NCBI GenBank assembly: GCA_950097015.1
Contig: CATNEN010000003.1
Location: 6,510,001 to 6,574,000, forward strand
Source: Macrostomum hystrix
Lineage: Eukaryota; Animalia; Platyhelminthes
Reading direction: 5' to 3'
DNA length: 64,000 bases
Made by a program: the position numbers and the translations under genes. The notes beneath the pieces were generated by a model, which was not told the origin of the DNA, searched no databases, and saw only the letters and a list, made by a program, of their open reading frames with translations. This document shows, piece after piece, positions 38,639 to 48,800 of this stretch (its first letter is position 1; each line of letters starts with the position of its first letter).

Positions 38639-39176
38639 ATCCACAATGAAATGAAACTGTTCAATGTAATCCGTTATTATGCATGTTTCCATTGAAATGT
38701 GATAATAAAAAAATTATAGTACCAAACCAAATCTGAAAATGGAACTGGGAATATGATAAGCCTAATACAGCTAGCAACTTTTGTCATTGGCTAGCAAAAT
38801 GGCTGGCTAGCATAGGGTAGGGTACATACCCTACATAGCTAGCTAGGGTATTCCCTTTGGCCTGCATCTTTTGCTTTAAACATAGTTTTTTCTTTTTCTG
38901 TAATTTTTTTTTTCATATAAAATGTAAAAATGTTAATAACCTACATTGTTTAACCTTCAAATAAAATAAGTAGGTCATTAAGTATTAAGTATAAGCTAGT
39001 GGCATTGTGCATGTGGTGTACATATCTCCTAGATCATAGACTGAAAACAAGAGCAATAAGGCATACCAAATCGACACAAAGGGCTTTAATGCTGTTTACA
39101 AGTCGTCAGTTGTTGTGTAGGAGCTGTCACACTCACTTCGGTTAAAAAATGATAAAAGTGTTTCAACTTTCCAGCA

Positions 39177-39590
39177 ATGACGGTCAAGCGGCGCAATCAC
39201 GGTCGCAGCAAGAAGGGCCGCGGCCACGTACGATTTGTTCGCTGCACCAACTGCGGCCGCTGCACGCCAAAGGACAAATCTATTAAGAAATTTATCATTC
39301 GCAATATTGTCGAGGCTGCGGCTGTGCGAGATATCAATGAGAATAGCGTCTACGAGGCCAACACCTACGCTTTGCCTAAGCTCTACGCCAAGCTGCAGTA
39401 CTGCGTTAGCTGCGCAATCCACTCCAAGGTGGTGCGGAATCGATCCCACGAGGCTAGGAAGGATCGCACTCCGCCGCCTCGTTTCGGCGGCGCCGGCCGC
39501 GGCGGACCCGGCGGTCCCGGCGGTCCCGGTGGCCAGGGTGGAGATCGCGATCATCCTGGACGATCTGGCGGTCCCGCTGGACCTCGTTGA
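39177..39590 (+). CDS. RPS26: 40S ribosomal protein S26 (eS26) with a Gly/Pro-rich C-terminal extension
   Basis: [64 protein letters not shown]. Confidence 0.97.
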   Translation: MTVKRRNHGRSKKGRGHVRFVRCTNCGRCTPKDKSIKKFIIRNIVEAAAVRDINENSVYEANTYALPKLYAKLQYCVSCAIHSKVVRNRSHEARKDRTPPPRFGGAGRGGPGGPGGPGGQGGDRDHPGRSGGPAGPR

Positions 39591-39821
39591 TGTTTTTTAA
39601 TCGATGAGACATCTGGTTCCTTCAATGGAATGGTTGGATGCAGTGTCTGATAAAAGCCATTTTGTTGGGTGAAGCTGCAGAGTTTACTAACGTTTTTTCG
39701 AGCATTGGAAATACATTTATTAATTGTGCTGTGGTTAGATAGACCGATTTTGTCTGGATAAACTTTTGTTTTTATCGTTGCTTTAATCATTTCACTGAGC
39801 ATATAACAAGAATTAGTGTCA

Positions 39822-40048
39822 ATAATCTCCCAGATCCCCAAGTTATAGTCACTAATCTCCCAGATCCCCAAGTTATAGTCACTAATCTCCCAGATCCCCA
39901 AGTTATAGTCACTAATCTCCCAGATCCCCAAGCTAGTGTCACTATTCTCCCAGATCCCCAAGCTAGTGTCACTATTCTCCCAGATCCCCAAGCTAGTGTC
40001 ACTATTCTCCCAGATCCCCAAGCTAGTGTTCTTGTCATATCCCCAAGT
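39822..40048. repeat. 30-bp minisatellite (CTCCCAGATCCCCAAGTTATAGTCACTAAT)n
   Basis: Directly visible; shares the core CTCCCAGATCCCCA with 54535-54968. Confidence 0.9.
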
Positions 40049-40235
40049 TAGTTTTCCCATCGTACTAAGTTCGCGAGTTACGTCGTAGTAATTGATATTT
40101 ATCTAGAGACCTTTTCCGTGTTTTTAATCCCCCCGCTCGCTAATATCTTCATCCTCAATTTTATTCGTTGTCTGAAATCAATAGTTAAACGTATTTCATT
40201 TACATCCTCAGCTCTAAGCTAATCAAAGCTAAATC

Positions 40236-40925
40236 ATGTCTAGCGGTGGCCTAACAGACGCAGATGTTGACAAGCAGATCAAACAGATGATGGCCTTCAT
40301 CGAACAGGAGGCCAACGAGAAGAAAGAAGAGATAGACAACAAGGCCGAGGAGGAGTTCAATATTGAAAAGTCGCGCATCACCCAACAGGAGCGCGTCAAG
40401 ATCATGGACTTCTACACCAAGAAGGAGAAGCAGATTGAATTGCAAAAGAAGATTCAGTATTCCAATATGAAGAATCAGGGCAGGCTGAAGGTATTGCAGG
40501 CTCGCGATCAGCACTTGAAAACGGTGCTAGATGACACCACTCAGCAGTTGCGCAAGGTGACAGAAGATCGCAATCGCTACGAGCAATTGATTGAGAGTCT
40601 TATCACCCAGGGCCTGTTTCAACTGCTAGAGCCCAATGCTATTGTTCGTTGTCGCCAGGCTGATGTTGACATCGCTGAGAAAGCTCTAGGCAATGCTATT
40701 AATCGCTACAAAGAGGCCACTGGTCGCGTTGTGAAAGTCGGCATCGATAAAAAAACATTTCTACCGGCTAATTCCGTTGGCGGCGTTGACATTGTTGGAC
40801 GCGAAGGCAAGATTCTAGTGTGCAATAATCTCGAGAGTCGCCTAGAACAGATTAGCCAACAGATGGTGCCAGAACTGAGGCACATTCTCTTTGGCGCCAA
40901 TCCTAATCGCAAGTTTATGGATTGA
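40236..40925 (+). CDS. ATP6V1E: V-type proton ATPase subunit E, intronless CDS
   Basis: LTDADVDKQIKQMMAFIEQEANEKKEEIDNKAEEEFNIEK ... NNLESRL ... LFGANPNRKFMD. Confidence 0.97.
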   Translation: MSSGGLTDADVDKQIKQMMAFIEQEANEKKEEIDNKAEEEFNIEKSRITQQERVKIMDFYTKKEKQIELQKKIQYSNMKNQGRLKVLQARDQHLKTVLDDTTQQLRKVTEDRNRYEQLIESLITQGLFQLLEPNAIVRCRQADVDIAEKALGNAINRYKEATGRVVKVGIDKKTFLPANSVGGVDIVGREGKILVCNNLESRLEQISQQMVPELRHILFGANPNRKFMD

Positions 40926-41779
40926 TTTATCAATTTCATGAAGCAATCGACTTTCAAAGACTAGTTTGGTTTCGAAATTTACTTGTTGATTTATTGGTAA
41001 AAACTCTCTGATTAGCATTAATTTAGTTCTATATTTAAAATCTAAAAAAACGTTTAAACTCGATCCAAACTCGAAACGTTACAAAGCGACTAAATGTCAA
41101 CATCTCTATAAAAATTGGTCCGAAAGTACTTCGGTTCAAATCCCAACGCTGCCACCAGTGCTGAAAAACGTTAGCAATTAAATGTCTTTATTATACTACT
41201 CAACAGCAGTATAGCTGGCAAATGCATAATCATAAATTTGGTATTGATGTTAATTCTATATCCACATATTTATACTGAATACTGAAATAAATCACGACTT
41301 TTGTTGCTAATTGGTAGTAAAGTTTGTCTTCCAGAATCTTATAGATGATTGATTCCGTGATTCTATTCTCTCTATCAATGGCCAAAGAATATAATATATC
41401 TATATAATATTTTTAAGCTAGTTCAATAAATTGTTTATCGAGTAGTAAGTTTTGAGCAAGTGCAATCAAATTTTATTCAAAATATGAAATTCTAACTGGC
41501 TATAAACTTTTACTGTCCGTAGTCGTCAGTTATTTTGCCGCTGTTACTGACAATTATAATTAACAGATTTTCGAAATAAAACGGAATTACAATTCTAAAA
41601 TTAAACGTTGATTTACTTTGACTTACGAATTCATTCTTTAGATTTTAAGGTATCTAATAATGTTATGCTAAAATTATTTTGTACTTAATTGGCAGTCGAA
41701 AACTATTGTCTATCCATCTATTTTCAAGAAAACATTTACACATCTATTTCTAAGAAACCATAAAAGCTCCGGATTCTCA

Positions 41780-42620
41780 CAAACCATCAATCATCTTGGC
41801 TTCAAGAAACCATCTACTCCCAGTTTCCAAGACAACACAAACTCTTAGTTTCCAAGAAAGCATCTACTCACAGTTTCCTAGAAGTTATCTACTTCCAGTT
41901 CCAGGAGAACATCTACTCCCAGTTTCCAAGAAGCCATATGCTCCCAGTTTCTAAAAAACCATCTACTCCCAGTTTCCAAGAAGCCATCTACTCTTAGTTT
42001 CCAAGAAGCCATCTACTCCCAGTTTCCAAAAAACCATCTACTCTTAGTTTCCAAGAAGCCATCTACTCCCAGTTTCCAAGAAACCATCTACTCCCAGTTT
42101 CCAAGAAACAATCTACTCCCGGTTTCCCAGAGGCAATCTACTCCCAGTTTCCAGGAAACCATCTACTCCCAGTTTCCAAGAGGCCATCTACTCCCAGTTT
42201 CCAAGAAGCCATATTCTCCCAGTTTCCAAAAAAACCATCTACTCCCATTTTTAATTCTTCCTGGAATTGGAGAACTGGAGAACTGGAGAATCAAGAAGCC
42301 ATATTCTCCCAGTTTCCAAAAAACCATCTACTCCCAGTTTCCACGAAACCATATACTCACAGTTTCCAAGAAAGCATCTACTCCCAGTTTCAAGAAACAA
42401 TCCAAGAAACATATACCCTACTGATTCCAAGAATCCATCTACTTTTAGTTTCTGAGAAACCATCTACTCCCCTTTTCGATGAAACAATCTTCCATCCTGA
42501 TTCCAAGAAACCATCTACTCCCAGTTTCCAAAAACAATCTTCCATCCTGATTTTAAAAAAACATTTACCCTCCTAATTCCAAGAAATCATCAACAATCCT
42601 GTTCCAAGAAACCATCTATA
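41780..42620. repeat. ~25-bp minisatellite (CCATCTACTCCCAGTTTCCAAGAAA)n
   Basis: Directly visible; degenerate margins. Confidence 0.9.
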
Positions 42621-42874
42621 ACTTTCGAGAAAGCATCTTCACTTCTGATCCTAATACCCATCTGGCCTCCTGATTTCAATATAATATTTTCTCACACCAC
42701 CGAAAATATTGTTTTTTACTTTTTAAATCGGTTTTCACTTAATTTAATTGTACTTTTTGTTTTCTCGTACTACTGTAAGTAGCTTATGAAAATTCGCAAT
42801 TTTTTTTTCAGTCTGCTTGAGTGTCGTAATTCTAGTTTATTTATAACAAGAATTATAAAAAGAGTCACAAAGAA

Positions 42875-45800
42875 ATGCCTGGCCAAGCCGGTCAAGGCGC
42901 AGGTGTTTCAAATCAGCAGCATCAGCAGCAGCAGCAGCGTCAACCATCTACCATAGCACCTCGCGGTCGAGTGGGCTTCTGCATGTGGATTGTTGGCCCT
43001 TTAATCTACGTCTGGGGCGGCTACGAGGTTCGTCGTAGACCCGAGCTGCAAAACTATCTGGATGAAGTTTTGTTGGTTCAGCAGCAGCAGCAGCATCAAC
43101 TCCATCAAAATCATGACAGCGATACTGATAACGACTCTGACGATGACAGTGATCATGAAAACGATGACGAATTTGTTATTGGTAATTTGCCAAATTTTCA
43201 TCAACAGCAACTGCCAGTGCAGCAGCAGCAGCAGCAGCAGCAGCCTCAATTTCCTCCCGCTATCATTGTTGACGAATTGGATGCCCAGTTGGTTGACTTT
43301 GTTGATGAAGATGTGAATTTTGCCGACGGTAAGTTTAACTTATTTAAATTTATATAGGCGCGTTTTAAACAACTTAAACAACAATGTGCAATGTGCAAGT
43401 TAAAAACCTAGATTTTTACCTGCTATTAATAGGAAACCTAGATTTTTACCTGTTATTATAAGAAAACCTAGATTTTTACCTGTTATTATTAGAAAATCTA
43501 TATTTTTACCTGATTATTATTAGAAAACCTAGATTTTTACCTGTTATTATTAGAAAACCTAGATTTTTACCTGTTATTAATAGGAAACCTAGTTTATTAC
43601 CTGTTATTATTAGGAAACCTAGATTTTTACCTGTTATTATTAGGAAACCTAGATTTTTACCTGTGTTTATTAGGAAACCTAGATTTTTACCTGTTATTAT
43701 TAGGAAACCTAGATTTTTACCTGTTATTATTAGGAAACCTAGATTTTTACCTGTTATTATTAGGAATCCTAGATTTTTACCTGTTATTATTAGGAATCCT
43801 AGATTTTTACCTGTTATTATTAGGAAACCTAGATTTTTACCTGTTATTATTAGGAATCCTAGATTTTTACCTGTTATTATTAGGAATCCTAGATTTTTAC
43901 CTGTTATTATTAGGAAACCTAGATTTTTACCTGTTATTATTAGGAATCCTAGATTTTTACCTGTTGTTTTTAGGAAACCTAGAATTTAAACTATTATTAT
44001 TATTAGTAAACCTAGATTTTTACCTGTTATTATTAGGAAACCTAGATTTTTACCTGTTATTATTAGGAAACCTAGATTTTTACCTGTTATTATTAGGAAA
44101 CCTAGATTTTTACCTGTTATTATTAGGAAACCTAGATTTTTACCTGTTATTATTAGGAATCCTAGATTTTTACCTGTTATTATTAGGAAACCTAGATTTT
44201 TACCTGTTATTATTAGGAAACCTAGATTTTTACCTGTTATTATTAGGAAACCTAGATTTTTACCTGTTATTATTAGGAAACCTAGATTTTTACCTGTTAT
44301 TATTAGGAATCCTAGATTTTTACCTGTTATTATTAGGAAACCTAGATTTTTACCTGTTATTATTAGGAAACCTAGATTTTTACCTGTTATTATTAGGAAA
44401 CCTAGATTTTTACCTGTTATTATTAGGAAACCTAGATTTTTACCTGTTATTATTAGGAATCCTAGATTTTTACCTGTTATTATTAGGAAACCTAGATTTT
44501 TACCTGTTATTATTAGGAAACCTAGATTTTTACCTGTTATTATTAGGAAACCTAGATTTTTACCTGTTATTATTAGGAATCCTAGATTTTTACCTCTTAT
44601 TAATGGGCAACCTAGTTTATTACCTGTTATTAATAGGAAACCTAGTTTATTACCTGTTATTATTAGGAAACCTAGTTTATTACCTGTTATTATTAGGAAA
44701 CCTAGATTTTTACCTGTTATTATTAGGAAACCTAGATTTTTACCTGTTATTATTAGGAAACCTAGATTTTTACCTGTTATTATTAGGAAACCTAGATTTT
44801 TACCTGTTATTATTAGGAAACCTAGATTTTTACCTGTTATTATTAGGAAACCTAGATTTTTACCTGTTATTATTAGGAAACCTAGATTTTTACCTATTAT
44901 TATTAGGAAACCTAGATTTTTACCTGTTATTATTAGGAAACCTAGATTTTTACCTATTATTATTAGGAAACCTAGATTTTTACCTCTTATTAATAGGAAA
45001 CCTAGTTTATTACCTGTTATAAATAGGAAACCTAGATTTTTGCCTTTTATATTAAGAAAACCTAGATTTTTACCTGTTATTATTAGGAAACCTAGATTTT
45101 TACCTGTTATTATTAGGAAACCTAGATTTTTACCTGTTATTATTAGGAAACCTAGATTTTTACCTATTATTATTAGGAAACCTAGATTTTTACCTATTAT
45201 TATTAGGAAACCTAGATTTTTACCTCTTATTAATAGGAAACCTAGATTTTTGCCTTTTATATTAAGAAAACCTAGATTTTTACCTGTTATTATAAGAAAA
45301 CCTAGATTTTTACCTGTTGTTTTTAGGAAACCTAGAATTTAAACTATTATTATTATTAGTAAACCTAGATTTTTACCTGTTATTATTAGGAAACCTAGAT
45401 TTTTACCTGTTATTATTAGGAAACCTAGATTTTTACCTGTTATTATTAGGAAACCTAGTTTATTACCTGTTATTATTAGGAAACCTAGATTTTTACCTGT
45501 TATTATTAGGAAACCTAGATTTTTACCTGTTATTATTAGGAAACCTAGATTTTTACCTATTATTATTAGGAAACCTAGATTTTTACCTGTTATTATTAGG
45601 AAACCTAGATTTTTACCTATTATTATTAGGAAACCTAGATTTTTACCTCTTATTAATAGGAAACCTAGATTTTTGCCTTTTATATTAAGAAAACCTAGAT
45701 TTTTACCTGTTATTATAAGAAAACCTAGATTTTTACCTGTTGTTTTTAGGAAACCTAGAATTTAAACTATTATTATTATTAGTAAACCTAGATTTTTACC

Positions 45801-48800
45801 CGTTATTATTAGGAAACCTAGATTTTTACCTGTTATTATTAGGAAACCTAGATTTTTACCTGTTATTATTAGGAAACCTAGGTTATTACATGTTATTATT
45901 AAGAAACCTAGATTTTTACCTGTTATTTATAGGAAACCTTAATTTCTATCTGTTATTAATAGGAAACCTAGATATTATAAGAAAATATGTATTTTACCTA
46001 TTATTAGTAAGAAACCTAGTTTATTACCTGTTATTAGTAAGAAACCTAGTTTATTACCTGTTATTAGTAAGAAACCTAGTTTATTACCTGTTATTAGTAA
46101 GAAACCTAGTTTAATACCTGTTATTAGTAAGAAACCTAGTTTACTACCTGTTATTAGTAAGAAACCTAGATTTTTAGTTGTTATTAGTAGACGTTGTAGC
46201 CTAGTGGTTAGGGCGTCGGACTCACGACTTAAAGGTCGGGGGTTCGATTCCAGACTCCACTGGAACAATTTGTGTCCTTTAGCAAGACACTTAACTCTGC
46301 ATTGCTTCAGTTCACCCAGCTGTTAAATGGGTACCAACATCAGCTGGGATAATTGAAGGTGGGTGTGGCGTCCCCCCAGTCCATGGACTGAACAGCTGTA
46401 CGCAGCCTTCAGATGCGCCGCGCATTAGCTGCGGCTGTGCTGTCGGCTGCACATCTGACCCAATTGGGGCAGGTGTAATCAATTATTATTAATTATTATT
46501 TTTAGTAGAAAACCTACATTCTTACTTCTTTTTATCAGGAATCCTAGAGTTTTTTATGTCCGTCCTAATTAGTAATTTTTTTCCTGATCGACAGGCGGCG
46601 TTGTTGTCAATCAGCCGGATCCTCACATTCTCGCAGATTTGTGGGGCGCAGACCAGCTTCCGCAGGCTCGCAATGTCTATTATCGCCAGTCAACTTGGGT
46701 GCCTGGCGATCAATTGTTGTGCTATTGTACGGACAGTCGGACTTGGGTAAGTTTTCTGTTTTTTTTTCAATTTGTACTGAGATCTAACAGTTATTCTTTT
46801 ATCAGGCAAAAATTCTTCTCAATAGGGCAATAGTTAACTTATTCGATAAAAATTGAACTTTTAAAAGTGTAGAAAACAATAGCGTTGATTACTGTTACTC
46901 AAGGTTTGAAAGCCGTCGATATGTTGTGAAAAGGTTTTTGTTTACGGAGAAACCGATATGTTGTGAAAGAAAAATTAAAGCACTTACGTTTCTTTTATTT
47001 TTTAAACGATATGTATCGAAAAATATATATTCCTAAAATTTTTGTTTCAGTTAAAAACAAGCCTACAGGTGCGCAGTCTTGGCTTTGGTAGTCATCAGCA
47101 CAGGAATTTCATGTCTGGCTTCTCTGGCTCGGCCTGTTGTACGAATGCGGACGAGAGCAGGCTGTACATCAGCGGCGGATTCAACGAGTCAGTGCACCAG
47201 ACCCTGTCCGCTACTAATGCTGTCTACGCTATTCACGTTAATCAGAATAGGCTGGCTAATAAGGCTAGCGGATATCAGGTGTCGTGCCAGTTCAGCATGG
47301 AGACCAGGTGAGTCGTTAAAGTTGAAATTGAAATGTGTGTCAAGGTAAAGGTAATTGTGGGTAGTTAGACCTTGGTCCGTTGTTTATCTAGTGGGTCATT
47401 AGAGGTTAGTCCGTTGTTTATCTAGTGGGTCATTAGAGTTCAGTCCATTGTTTATCTAGTGGGTCATTAGAGGTTAGTCCATTGTTTATCTAGTGGGTCA
47501 TTAGAGGTTAATCCATTGTTTATCTAGTGTGTCATTAGAGGTTAGTTCATTGTTTATCTAGTGGGTCATTAGAGGTTAGTCCATTGTTTATCTAGTGGGT
47601 CATTAGAGGTTAGTCCATTGTTTATCTAGTGTGTCATTAGAGGTTAGTCCATTGTTTATCTAGTGGGTCATTAGAGGTTAGTCCATTGTTTATCTAGTGG
47701 GTCATTAGAGGTTAATCCATTGTTTATCTAGTGTGTCATTAGAGGTTAGTTCATTGTTTATCTAGTGGGTCATTAGAGGTTAGTCCATTGTTTATCTAGT
47801 GGGTCATTAGAGGTTAGTCCATTGTTTATCTAGTGGGTCATTAGAGGTTAGTCCATTGTTTATCTAGTGGGTCATTAGAGGTTAGTCCATTGTTTATCTA
47901 GTGGGTCATTAGAGGTTAGTCCATTGTTTATCTAGTGGGTCATTAGAGGTTAGTCCATTGTTTATCTAGTGGGTCATTAGAGGTTAATCCATTGTTTATC
48001 TAGTGGGTCATTAGAGGTTAATCCATTGTTTATCTAGTGGGTCATTAGAGGTTAGTTCATTGTTTATCTAGTGGGTCATTAGAGGTTAGTCCATTGTTTA
48101 TCTAGTGGGTCATTAGAGGTTAGTCCATTGTTTATCTAGTGTGTCATTAGAGGTTAGTCCATTGTTTATCTAGTGGGTCATTAGAGGTTAGTCCATTGTT
48201 TATCTAGTGGGTCATTAGAGGTTAATCCATTGTTTATCTAGTGTGTCATTAGAGGTTAGTTCATTGTTTATCTAGTGGGTCATTAGAGGTTAGTCCATTG
48301 TTTATCTAGTGGGTCATTAGAGGTTAGTCCATTGTTTATCTAGTGGGTCATTAGAGGTTAGTCCATTGTTTATCTAGTGGGTCATTAGAGGTTAGTCCAT
48401 TGTTTATCTAGTGGGTCATTAGAGGTTAGTCCATTGTTTATCTAGTGGGTCATTAGAGGTTAGTCCATTGTTTATCTAGTGGGTCATTAGAGGTTAATCC
48501 ATTGTTTATCTAGTGGGTCATTAGAGGTTAATCCATTGTTTATCTAGTGGGTCATTAGAGGTTAATCCATTGTTTATCTAGTGGGTCATTAGAGGTTAGT
48601 CCATTGTTTATCCATGATAGTCCATGAAATATTTAATTTCCCATTTCATATTTTTTTCAGAGGACCGCAATGCCAGAAAGTCCCAATGCCTCGGGACAAG
48701 CACAGCGCTATCTACTGGCGCAATAGTTTAATCATATTTGGCGGCTACTGTTTGAATCCGCCAACAACTCTAATGAACTCAGTGGACTATTGCGGCTCGT

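Noticed and set aside
39096-39554. 152-aa antisense ORF over RPS26 (and similar antisense ORFs over TRP, CPLANE1 and ATP6V1E)
   Set aside because: Shadow ORFs of GC-rich coding sequence
41105-41160. tRNA-like 3' half GGTTCAAATCCC..GCCACCA
   Set aside because: No matching 5' half or A-box; at most a decayed SINE head
43663-46114. Long Leu-rich ORFs (GNLDFYLLLL)n and (RKPRFLPVII)n
   Set aside because: 30-bp satellite inside KLHDC2 intron 1
46192-46265. tRNA gene (also 56243, 58154 and 31440-31510)
   Set aside because: A/B boxes run into a shared SINE body and tail; acceptor stems do not close
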